In this document: one piece after another, positions 10,544 through 19,558 of the stretch | Layout: each line of letters begins with the position of its first letter | Position numbering within the stretch: position 1 is the stretch's first letter | Source: Burkholderiales bacterium | GTDB lineage: Bacteria > Pseudomonadota > Gammaproteobacteria > Burkholderiales > SG8-39 | DNA length: 64,000 bases | Reading direction: 5' to 3' | NCBI GenBank assembly: GCA_027493935.1 | Contig: JAOSJV010000010.1 | Span: 547,930-611,929, forward strand | Notes under the pieces: model-generated | What the model was told of the DNA's origin: nothing | The model's database searches: none | Seen by the model: the letters and a program-made list of their open reading frames with translations, nothing else | Made by a program: the position numbers and the translations under genes

Positions 10544-12274
10544 CTATCCGATTCCCTCGCCGCGGCGCTCCAGCCCTGCCACAGCCGACGCCGGCGGCGC
10601 GAATGCTCCCGCCCGCAACCGATCGCGCGCCTCGGTCACGACCGGCTCCCACCCGTTCGGCGCACGCTGGCGCAACAGCCGGACCGACGGATACCACACC
10701 ATGGCCTCCCCCTGATCGCCGTATCGCCATTCCGCAGAGTAGGGGACCAGCACGATCGCGGGCCGCGCAAGGGCGCCTGCGAGATGCACGAGCGCCGTGC
10801 AGACGGTCACGATACCGTCGAGGGCGCAGACCAGCGCAGCGGTCTCGTCATAGTCGTCAATTGCTTCCTGCCAGTGCCACACGGTCTTCCCGGTCGCGCG
10901 CTTGAACCCCGCGAGTTCTGCCGCGCAATCGTTGTACTGGAGGCTCACGAACTCGGCGTCGACGCCAAGCAGGACCGGCGCGAGCGCCGCGAGATCCAGG
11001 GAGCGGAGCTGGCGCCGCGATCGCATCCAGCCGCCGCGCCAGGACACGCCGATCGAGCGCCGTCCGCCGAGCCGGTCCAGCCGGTCGCGCCAACGCGCAA
11101 CCTTCGAGGCGTCGGCCTTGAGATAGCCTTGGTGAGGCAGGAACGCGTCGCGGTGCCGGCGAAAGAACCCGGGCAGGCTTCCCACGGGCGCTTGCGCCCC
11201 GATTGGCGCGACCTCCGTCAGCCAGGCGGGGAGCGGATCGCTCAGCCGGCCGGGGTAGACGCGCGCGCCGGGGAAAGAGCGCGCGAAGATCGGCGCGAGC
11301 CGCGGCTCGCATTCGATGACGCAGCGCTCCACGCGCGCCATCGCATCGGGTATGCACGAAGCGAACATGATCTGGTCGCCGAGCCCCTGCTCGCCGAACA
11401 CCAGTAGCGCGCCCTCGCGCAAACGCGACCCGTCCCAAGCCGGAAAGCCGAACGGGCGCTTCGCGGCCGTCGGGTCGGCGAAGCGCGCGTCGTAGGCATC
11501 CCAGCCCGCCGCGAACTCTCCGCGCTTGAGATCCGCGGTCGCCGCGAGGAAACGCACCTCGTCGCCTCCTGCGCGCACCGTCAGCGCCCGCCGCAAGAGC
11601 GCCATCCCCTCGTCGTAGCGCCGCTGCTCGTTCAGGATCCAGCCGAGATTGGCGAGCGCGGCGCCGTAGTCAGGATCCAGCGCGAGCGCCTGGCGAACTC
11701 TCGATTCGCCGCGCTCGAAATCCGCGAACTCGCGCGCAGCAATCAGTCCGAGGAAGTTGAGCGCGTGCTTGTTGGTCGGATTCAGCGCAAGCGCCTGCTC
11801 GAGCGCTGCCTTCGCCTCGTCGAACCGCCCTTCGACCTGGGCCACTCGGCCGAGTTGGTAGAACGCCTCGTCCGAATCCGGATTGCGGGCGAGATACTCT
11901 CGCGAGGCGATCTCGATCTCGCGCAGGCGGCCGAGCCGGTCGAGCGCCAGCACCAAGCCGCGATAGGCCGATTCGCTCCGCGGGTCGTAGTGCAGAGCGA
12001 GCGTGAAGTCATCGAGCGCGTCCTCGGCTCTGCCGAGCCCGAGATTCGCGTGCCCGGCGAGCGCGCTCAACTCCGGATCGTCGGGATGACGCTCGAGGCC
12101 ACTCTGCGCCGCCCGCAGCGCGGCCTTCGGGCTTCCGGACTCCAGCGCGCGAACGGCGGCGCGGCGCGCCACGGCGGCGTCGGCAACCGAATCGTCGGCG
12201 GCCACCGCACCCGGCGGCCCGGATCCCGGCGGCTGAGTCCTGTCCCGCCGCAGTTTCTTGGTCACCCAACCCAT
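10544..12274 (-). CDS. TPR-repeat / GT9 (heptosyltransferase-like) glycosyltransferase fusion, paralog 2
   Basis: Intact 576 aa. The N-terminal half is TPR repeats. The C-terminal half reads LLVFGEQGLGDQIMF ... IGVSWRGG ... DYDETAALVCALDGIVTVCTALVHLAGALARP, a GT-B fold resembling the RfaF/RfaC donor-binding region. Confidence 0.8.
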   Translation of the reverse strand: MGWVTKKLRRDRTQPPGSGPPGAVAADDSVADAAVARRAAVRALESGSPKAALRAAQSGLERHPDDPELSALAGHANLGLGRAEDALDDFTLALHYDPRSESAYRGLVLALDRLGRLREIEIASREYLARNPDSDEAFYQLGRVAQVEGRFDEAKAALEQALALNPTNKHALNFLGLIAAREFADFERGESRVRQALALDPDYGAALANLGWILNEQRRYDEGMALLRRALTVRAGGDEVRFLAATADLKRGEFAAGWDAYDARFADPTAAKRPFGFPAWDGSRLREGALLVFGEQGLGDQIMFASCIPDAMARVERCVIECEPRLAPIFARSFPGARVYPGRLSDPLPAWLTEVAPIGAQAPVGSLPGFFRRHRDAFLPHQGYLKADASKVARWRDRLDRLGGRRSIGVSWRGGWMRSRRQLRSLDLAALAPVLLGVDAEFVSLQYNDCAAELAGFKRATGKTVWHWQEAIDDYDETAALVCALDGIVTVCTALVHLAGALARPAIVLVPYSAEWRYGDQGEAMVWYPSVRLLRQRAPNGWEPVVTEARDRLRAGAFAPPASAVAGLERRGEGIG

Positions 12275-12307
12275 GCTCGCATCGGCCGCACGCGCAACGT
12301 GTCCCGG

Positions 12308-12733
12308 CTATACATACGCTTCGCGTTGACTGCAGGCCAGCATCTGCGCCGCCGCGCAGCGCGACTCTTCGGCGTACTGGCCGTCGCGGACCCCCCCGAA
12401 GTACGGACCACCGAGCGCATCGTGGACCATCCTCCCGGCATAGCGCTCGTCGCGCAGCCGCCAGAGCCTCTCGACGTCGTCGAGCATCAGCCCGTCGCAG
12501 TCCATGAGCACGCTCCAGCCTTCGTAGTCCGCCAGATGCGGGGTCACAAAGCGGCTGAACGCAAAGTCCGTCGACTGCAAAGGAACACGCTTGCGCGCGC
12601 ACGCGCCGTCGAGCTCGGGGAGCATCAGCGGGGCGACGCACTCTGGCTCGCTCGCGCGGACATAGATGCTATGTGCGAGCACGCTGAACGCGACCGCCTC
12701 GCGTGGATCGAACCCGATGAAGGCCCTGATCAC
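12308..12733 (-). CDS. GT8-like glycosyltransferase-family protein (DxD motif), short and possibly truncated
   Basis: Start taken at GTG 12733..12731, which overlaps the upstream stop codon (GTGA). The protein reads IRAFIGFDPREAVAFSVLAHSI ... QSTDFAFSRFVTPHL ... GWSVLMDCDGLMLDDV. Family assignment is by recalled similarity only. At 141 aa it is shorter than I would expect. Confidence 0.45.
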   Translation of the reverse strand: MIRAFIGFDPREAVAFSVLAHSIYVRASEPECVAPLMLPELDGACARKRVPLQSTDFAFSRFVTPHLADYEGWSVLMDCDGLMLDDVERLWRLRDERYAGRMVHDALGGPYFGGVRDGQYAEESRCAAAQMLACSQREAYV

Positions 12734-13395
12734 GCCGTACGTTTCTCCGAGCCGACCCGGCTCTCCACGTACCGAGGACCCTCGGGCAGATCCTCGCGGT
12801 TCTGGATCCAGAACTCCCACACGAGCCCGGGATGACGCCCAGCCACCGCGCCGACCAGCTCGCCCCACCACTCGGGCGGTCGGATCGTGCAGTGAGCGTT
12901 TTCGCCGGTGGGCAGGCGCTTGCGCGCCGGATAGCACGCGACGTTAGCGAACACGAACCGCTCGGCGTATCCGAAGATCTCCTCGACGATCCAGGGGATG
13001 TCTTCCTCCGGGCAGTGCTCCAGCACATCGGTCGACACCACCCCGTGAAACCTGCCCTCGGGAAGCTTGCTGAACGGCGGATAGCTCGGGTCGAAGCAGT
13101 GCACGAAGTCGACGTCCCAGTAGTCGGTGATGCTGGAGACCACCAGCCCGTCCGGCAGAGTAACGTCGCGCAGGTCGTATTGACGCCCCTTGCCGCTGCC
13201 GTAGTCGAGCAGGTTCGCGGCACCGGTAAGGTCGATCAGACGCTTGATCCGCGCCGCCTGCGCGGGTAGGCTCAGCCCCGGAAACGTGTCGGCCGCGGGG
13301 ACGTTGAGAAACCGCTCGCCCTCGGCGTGCATCGTGCGGTACAGGGCGGTGAGCTCGCGGTAGCGCTCGCTTGGGTGCTCTCTGGTGAAGGTCAT
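12730..13395 (-). CDS. Class I SAM-dependent methyltransferase
   Basis: 221 aa with motif I LLDYGSGKG and an acidic-loop/post-I pattern (VVSTDVLEHC). It is translationally coupled to the downstream GT8-like gene. Confidence 0.7.
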   Translation of the reverse strand: MTFTREHPSERYRELTALYRTMHAEGERFLNVPAADTFPGLSLPAQAARIKRLIDLTGAANLLDYGSGKGRQYDLRDVTLPDGLVVSSITDYWDVDFVHCFDPSYPPFSKLPEGRFHGVVSTDVLEHCPEEDIPWIVEEIFGYAERFVFANVACYPARKRLPTGENAHCTIRPPEWWGELVGAVAGRHPGLVWEFWIQNREDLPEGPRYVESRVGSEKRTA

Positions 13396-13544
13396 CTGCC
13401 GCGCTGCGTGGTTTAGGGTACTCGTCGCATTCTACCAACGCACTAGTCCGACCCGAGTGCAAAGTTCACGCGATGGTCCGGCCGCGCGTTGCCAATTGCG
13501 CCGAAAGTCCGCCGGGCCGAGGCCGAGCCTGAAGCGCCACCGGC

Positions 13545-15377
13545 TCAGAGCTCCGCGGCCACCGCGCACACCACCTCGCGCCAGTCGCCTGACACCCGCT
13601 GCCGGACGAGCCGGGCCGTCGGATACCACGGCATCGTGCTTCCTTCGCGGAGATAGCGCCACTCGGGGTTCGCCGGCACCATCACCCGCATGTCGGCGCC
13701 GAGCGCGCCGCCGAGATGGACGATCCAGCTGCACACGGTGATTGTCACGTCGAGCGCGCTAACAAGCGCGGCCGTCTCGTCGGCGTCGCCGAGCGCATCG
13801 TGCCAGTGATGAAAGCGGCCCGGCGCGAGCTCGCCGAGCGCGGCGAGATCGACCTCGGAAGCGGCATGCTGCACGCTGACGAACGCGACGCCCTCCCGTG
13901 CCAGGATCGGACGCAGCGCCGCCGGCTCGATCGACCGCTGCGTGCGGCGGGTCTTAGCGAGGCCGCCACGCCATGCTATCCCGACCGTGCGGCCGGCGCC
14001 GAGACCGCTCAACCGCTCCCGATAACGCGCCACCTTCGCTGGATCGGGGCGCAGATATCCGGCGTGCCGGGGGAAGCTCGCGACGTCGCGCCGGTAGCGG
14101 CCCGGCAGCGAGCCCGCTGCAATCTGCACGTCGATGACGCCAGCCTCCGCAACCCAGGGGTGCGAGCCGTGCAAGCGGCCGGCGAAGACGGCGGCATGCG
14201 GAAACGAGCGCGCGAACAGCGCCGCCAGCCGGGCATCGCACTCGATCACGACACGGCCGGCCTCGGCGATGACGTCCGCAAAGCAGTTGGCGAACATGAT
14301 CTCGTCGCCGATGCCCTGCTCGGCATAGACCAGCACCGGCTTGCCCGTCAGCGGCTCGCCCCGCCACTCCGGAAACGGGAAGCCGCGGCGCGGAGTCTCG
14401 GCAGTCTCGAATCTCGCGGCGTAGTCGTCCCAGCCGCGGCCGAAGTCGCCGGTGGCGAGTCGCAGGAATCCGCGCAGCTGGCGCACGTTCGGATCGCCGG
14501 GCCGTTGCTCGAGTGCGCGCTCGAGGTGGATCTCGGCGCCGGCGATGTCTCCGGCGTCCTGCAGGACCCGCGCCAGGGTGCAGCGCGCCTCGGTGAAGCC
14601 GGGCGAGCGCTCGACGAGCGGCACGACCAAGGCGCGCGCCTCTTCGAGCGCCCCCCGGTCCGCCAGAATCACCGCGAGGTTGTTCAGCGTCGTAGGCGCA
14701 GCCGGGTCGCGCGACAGAGCCGACCGGATCTCGCGCTCGGCGTCGTCCAGCCGGCCGGCCTCGCGCAGCGCGAGCGCCAGGTTGTTCCGCAGCAGCACGT
14801 TGCTCTCATCGAGCGCTACGGCGCGCGCGAAATGAGCAAGTGCCGTCTCGCCGTCGCCCAGCCGCTGCAGCGCGACGCCGAGGTTACCGTGCGCCTCGGC
14901 ACTGTCCGGCGCGCGATTCAGGACGTAACGCAGCAGCGATGCGGCGTCTTTCGCCTGGTCCAGACCGATTAACAGCACCGCAAGCTCCAGGCGCGGCCTC
15001 AGATCCTCGGGCGAGAGCGCGATCGCGCGCATGTAGGCCTTAGCCGCGTGGCGCAGGTTTCCGGCATCGCGCATGACCGCTGCAAGCGTCAGCCAGGCAT
15101 CGCTCCGGTGCCGCTCGCGGGAGAGCACGTCCTTGACCAGGCGCGCCGCCGCCGCGAGCTCGCCGAGCTCGCGGCGGACGTCTGCGAGTAGCAACCGTGC
15201 CTCGGCGTCTTGCGCCCGCATCGCCAGCAATCCCTCCAAGGCGGTCACGGCCGCGCGCAACTCCCCGGCGTTGCGCAGCGCAGCCGCGTTCCTCAGGGTG
15301 CGGTCGCGGGCGCGCCGCGCCGGGCCCTGCAGAATCCCGTTGACTATTCGCTGAAGCAAGACTGTGCGGTCCTGCAC
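13545..15377 (-). CDS. TPR-repeat / GT9 (heptosyltransferase-like) glycosyltransferase fusion, paralog 3
   Basis: Intact 610 aa with the same architecture and motifs: VLVYAEQGIGDEIMF, VGIAWRGG, DADETAALVSALDVTITVCSWIVHLGGALG. Confidence 0.8.
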   Translation of the reverse strand: MQDRTVLLQRIVNGILQGPARRARDRTLRNAAALRNAGELRAAVTALEGLLAMRAQDAEARLLLADVRRELGELAAAARLVKDVLSRERHRSDAWLTLAAVMRDAGNLRHAAKAYMRAIALSPEDLRPRLELAVLLIGLDQAKDAASLLRYVLNRAPDSAEAHGNLGVALQRLGDGETALAHFARAVALDESNVLLRNNLALALREAGRLDDAEREIRSALSRDPAAPTTLNNLAVILADRGALEEARALVVPLVERSPGFTEARCTLARVLQDAGDIAGAEIHLERALEQRPGDPNVRQLRGFLRLATGDFGRGWDDYAARFETAETPRRGFPFPEWRGEPLTGKPVLVYAEQGIGDEIMFANCFADVIAEAGRVVIECDARLAALFARSFPHAAVFAGRLHGSHPWVAEAGVIDVQIAAGSLPGRYRRDVASFPRHAGYLRPDPAKVARYRERLSGLGAGRTVGIAWRGGLAKTRRTQRSIEPAALRPILAREGVAFVSVQHAASEVDLAALGELAPGRFHHWHDALGDADETAALVSALDVTITVCSWIVHLGGALGADMRVMVPANPEWRYLREGSTMPWYPTARLVRQRVSGDWREVVCAVAAEL

Positions 15378-15423
15378 GCTGCCCGGCGGGCATCGCCGTG
15401 CCGCGTGCGCGCGACGGCCGCCA

Positions 15424-17248
15424 TCACCGCTCCGGCCTTGCGCGGTCGCGCCACGCGTCGAGCGCGCGCGCCACCGCCTCCAGCACCGGCCCCCAGGCGC
15501 CAGGCGCCGACTGCCGGAAGAGTCGCGCGGCCGGGTACCACGGCATGCTGTCGCCGGACACCCCGTAGCGCCATTCGGGAACGAAGGGCAGCATCGCCCA
15601 CGTGGCCCGCCCGGTCGCCCCGGCCAGCTGCGCGACGGTATTGTCGATCGTGATCACGAGATCCAGGGCGCCCATCAGCGCCGCGGTTTCGGCGAGATCC
15701 GTCAGGGCCTCCGGCAGCCGGTGGATTAGCACGCCGTGCGCCTGCCGGATCTCCGCCAGCTCGGCCTCGGTGCAGTCGTGCTGCAGGCTCACCCAGCGCA
15801 CGCCCGATGCGTGCAGCGCCCGCGCGAGCATCGCGAGCGGGACGGAGCGTGCCGGTCCGCGCGAGCGTGCCGTCCCGCCCCGCCACGATAGGCCGACCCA
15901 CGGCCCCTCCCCGAGCCCGGCGAGTCGCCTTCGCCACGCAGCGACGCGCCGCACGCTGCCGGCCAAGTACGACTCCCGGCGCGGAAATTCGGCGCGGGTC
16001 CCACGCAAGTACATCGGCAGGCTTGCGATCGGCACATGGTAGTCGAGGCGCGCTCTGCTCATGTCGTCGGCCGGGCTCTCGGCGCTCCCGAGAACGGTCG
16101 CGCGCGGGAACGAGTGCCGGTAGAGGGAGACCAAGCGCGCGTCGCATTGGATCACGCATCGACCTGCCCTTTCGATCAGATCTGGCAGGCAGGAGGCGAA
16201 CAGGATCTCGTCGCCCACGCCCTGCTCCGGCTGTACCAGGATGCCACGGTCGGCGAGGTCCTCGCCCTGCCACCGCGCCGGCGGAGGCGTCGTGGGGAGT
16301 CGCGGCCGCGCGCGGTCCTCGGACAGGAGCCGCAACTCGTAATCGGGCCAGCCCTCGCCGAAGCGCCCGAGCGCGAGCAGGGTGATCGCGCGGTGAAAGC
16401 GCGCGGAAACGTGGTCGGGAGCGTGCGCGAGAGCGCAGCCGAATGCCTTCAGCGCAGCGTCGAAGCGCCCGAGCTCGTGCAGCGCGGCACCCCCTGCGGG
16501 AGTGTACGTTGGCGTCGTCTACACCGAGCTCGAGTGCCCGGTCGAGCGCGGCGAGCGCCGGCTCCGCGTCGAACGCGCCGCGCAGGTGCAGTGCTCCGAG
16601 AGCGGCGAACGCCGGTGCGTGATCCGGCATGCGTTCGGTCACTTCGCGCAGCCAAGCGATATCCGCGCTCGGTACGGCGTCATCGGGCAGCCAGCCCACG
16701 AGGTTCGATAGCGCGGGCACGAAGCGTGGGTTCGCACGCAGCGCCCGCCGGAAGAGATCGAGGGCCGCCGCCCGGTCGCCGCCGCGGGCCCTGATCAATC
16801 CGAGGTTGTTCAGCGCCGCGGCATGCGTGGGATCGACCTGCAGCGCACGCTCGTAGCAGGCCCGCGACTCCGTATCGCGCCCGAGCATGGCGTAGGCATT
16901 GCCGAGGTCGACGTGCGCGGCCGCCGAGTCGGCGGGGGCGGCGTCGATCGCGGCCCTGAGCAGATCGATTGCCCGGGCCCCGTCGCCGCCCTGCGCCTCC
17001 AGCCGTCCGAGCACCCCGAGCACTCCGGGATCGCGGACACGGTCCCGCGCTACCGCCCGGCGCAGGACGCAGCGCGCCTCGTCGGCCCGCCCGGCCGCCT
17101 CGAGCGCGAGTGCCTCCGCCATGGCTGCACGCGCGCCACCGCCGTCGCGAACGCGAGCGGTGGTGCCGAGTGCCATGCGTAGGAGTTGCTTGAGCAATTT
17201 TCGCTCGCTCGTATCCCGGCCGGTGCAGCGCGTCACACTTGAGCCCAC
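15424..17248 (-). pseudogene. TPR-repeat / GT9 glycosyltransferase fusion, paralog 4; frameshift in the C5 run 16490..16494
   Basis: The TPR N-terminus is in the frame of ORF 15344..17248 up to ..LELGVDDANVH. From AALHELGRFDAALKAF.. onward it reads into the frame of ORF 15424..16335 (ILVQPEQGVGDEILF, VGLSWRGG, DLAETAALMGALDLVITIDNTVAQLAGATG). Confidence 0.8.
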
Positions 17249-17398
17249 CCGAGCCTGAATCGGCGCGGCCTAATGCCGTAGAATGCTATACGTTACGGGC
17301 GGCCGAGCGGTCTTCCGGTTCCCGCCCGCACATGATCGGGTTGCACGCCGTCAAGAGCGTCTGCCGCGACTTCGAGACCGCTAGCAAGGAGATCGGAC

Positions 17399-17749
17399 AT
17401 GGCGTTGATGTCTCTGTTCTCGCGCAAAGAGATCACTGAGTTCGCGAAAGGCCTCGCCGTCAGCTTGTCCAAACGCTATCCGCCGGCCCTGGACTTCAAT
17501 CCGGAGAAGCGCGTCTCTGAGAACCGCCTCACCAAGGTTCTCGAGGACACGCTCCACCAGGCGGTCGAGTTCCAGCAGAAGCACAAGCTTGGTCTGTTCG
17601 GCAAGGCGAAGCTAGGCAACGAGTTCCGCTGGCAACTCAAGGAGCTCGGATACACCGAGAAGTTCGTCGAGGTCGCCACGGAGGGCCTGATGGTGTACAT
17701 CACGCGCGGCTCGGCCGGCAACGCCTCGCAGAGCAAACAGCCGGGCTGA
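17399..17749 (+). CDS. Hypothetical protein (116 aa)
   Basis: ATG ORF preceded by AAGGAG. Its composition is protein-like and non-repetitive (MALMSLFSRKEITEFAKGL...). I recognise no family. Confidence 0.5.
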   Translation: MALMSLFSRKEITEFAKGLAVSLSKRYPPALDFNPEKRVSENRLTKVLEDTLHQAVEFQQKHKLGLFGKAKLGNEFRWQLKELGYTEKFVEVATEGLMVYITRGSAGNASQSKQPG

Positions 17750-17843
17750 TCTGGCGGCGCGGCGGAATGGGCTGCTGGACGCCGCGGTCCGGAGCGGCGG
17801 CACCGTAGCACCCGCCAGCGCGCAGCGTAACCCTTGTTTCCGC

Positions 17844-19547
17844 TCAACCACCGCCGCCTGTCACGCCGCTCCGCTCGACCTCGTCGATCTGCTCGGGATC
17901 GAGGAACTGGCGTGCGTACTGCAGATAGACCCCGCTGCGGACGAATATGTCAAAGAGGTCCGGATCGATGTGCCCGTTCTGCTTGAACTGGCCCAGGATC
18001 CGCAGCGACTCGGACAGCGTCTTGCCCTGCTTGTAGGGCCGATCCTTGGCGGTCAGCGCCTCGAAGATGTCGGCGATGCCCATGATGCGCGCCTGCACCG
18101 ACATCTGCTCGCGCGTGAGCCCCCGTGGGTAGCCCTTGCCGTCCATGCGCTCGTGGTGGCCGCCGGCGTACTCCGGTACGTTCTTCAGGTGCTTCGGCCA
18201 GGGCAGCGCCTCGAGCATCTTGATGGTCGAGTCGATGTGGTGGTTGATGATCTCGCGCTCCTCGGTGGTGAGCGTGCCGCGCGCGATGGTCAGGTTCTTG
18301 ATCTCGTCCTCGGTGAGGAAGTCGGCGGTGTTGCCGCTGATCTCGCGCCACTTGTAGCCGGTGCCGATGCGGCGCACCCGCTCCTGCTCCTCGCGCGACA
18401 TCGATTCGCCGCCGATGTTGCAGCGGCGCACGAACTTGCGGTCCTCGTCGAGCTGGCGCAGCCGTTCGCGCAGCTGCTGGTCGATCTCGAATAGCCGGGT
18501 GCGCTGGGTGATCTCGTCGATATCGCGCCGCTTGGCGAGCTCGAGCCTGCGGCGCATCGCGTCGAGCTCGGCGTCGCGGATCAGGACCTCGAAGCGCGTG
18601 TCGACCAGATGGATGCGGTCGAAGATCGTCTCGAGCTTGGTCGCCTTGTCGACGACGTGCACCGGAGTGGTGATCTTGCCGCAGTCGTGCAGCAGCCCGG
18701 CGATCCTCAGCTCGTAGCGGTCCTTGTCGGTCATGCAGAAGTCGGCGAGCGGACCCTCGCTCGCCGCGTCCGCGGCCTCTGCGAGCATCATGGTGAGCTG
18801 CGGGACCCGCTGGCAGTGCCCGCCGGTATACGGCGACTTCTCGTCGATCGCGGTGTTGATCAGCTCGATGAACGACTCGAACAGGGCCTCGAGCTGGATG
18901 ATCAGGGCGCGGTTGGTGAGCGCGATGGCGGCCTGCGAGGCGAGCGACTCGGCGAGCCGCTGGTCGGAGTTGGAGAAGGCGACGATCTCGCCGGTGGCGA
19001 GATCCTGGCAATTGATGAGCTGCAGGACGCCGATGATCTCGCCCTCGTGGTTCTTCATCGGTACCGTCAGGAACGACTTCGAGCGGTACCCGGTCTTCTG
19101 GTCGAAGCGGCGGGTACCGGAGAAGTCGAAGCCCTCCTCCGTGTAGGCGTCGGCGATATTCACCGTCCTGCCGGTGAGCGCCGCGTACGCGGCTACCATC
19201 GAGTTATTCGGCTCGCCGTCGCGGTAGAGCTGGATCGGGAAGAAGGGGATCGGATTTCCGGTGGTGCCGCCGAGAGCAATGTTGAGCGAGGCCGTGCGGA
19301 CGATCTCGAAATGCAGCTCCGGATGACCGTCGCCGCCTCTTAGCAGGTAGAGCGTGCCGCCATCCGCACGCGTGATGGTCTTGGCGGCGACGAGAATCTT
19401 CTCGAGCAGCGCATTGAGGTTCTTCTCGAGCGAAAGCGCCGCCCCGATCTCGTTCAGCTGGTCCAGCCGGCGGAACAGATCGTCGGTCGTGTCGGACGGT
19501 CCTCGCGCCCCGGTCCCGGCCATTGGGGCGACGTTCGTGCCTGGCAT
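17844..19547 (-). CDS. GAF-domain HD-GYP phosphohydrolase (putative c-di-GMP phosphodiesterase) with a large insertion inside the HD domain
   Basis: Start at ATG 19547, with AGGAGG upstream, 11 nt after the stop codon of the ATPase gene. It has an N-terminal GAF domain, then HCQRV ... LLHDCGKITTP and a distal HHERMDGKGYPRGL signature. Confidence 0.85.
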   Translation of the reverse strand: MPGTNVAPMAGTGARGPSDTTDDLFRRLDQLNEIGAALSLEKNLNALLEKILVAAKTITRADGGTLYLLRGGDGHPELHFEIVRTASLNIALGGTTGNPIPFFPIQLYRDGEPNNSMVAAYAALTGRTVNIADAYTEEGFDFSGTRRFDQKTGYRSKSFLTVPMKNHEGEIIGVLQLINCQDLATGEIVAFSNSDQRLAESLASQAAIALTNRALIIQLEALFESFIELINTAIDEKSPYTGGHCQRVPQLTMMLAEAADAASEGPLADFCMTDKDRYELRIAGLLHDCGKITTPVHVVDKATKLETIFDRIHLVDTRFEVLIRDAELDAMRRRLELAKRRDIDEITQRTRLFEIDQQLRERLRQLDEDRKFVRRCNIGGESMSREEQERVRRIGTGYKWREISGNTADFLTEDEIKNLTIARGTLTTEEREIINHHIDSTIKMLEALPWPKHLKNVPEYAGGHHERMDGKGYPRGLTREQMSVQARIMGIADIFEALTAKDRPYKQGKTLSESLRILGQFKQNGHIDPDLFDIFVRSGVYLQYARQFLDPEQIDEVERSGVTGGGG

Positions 19548-19558
19548 CGCGCGCCCTC

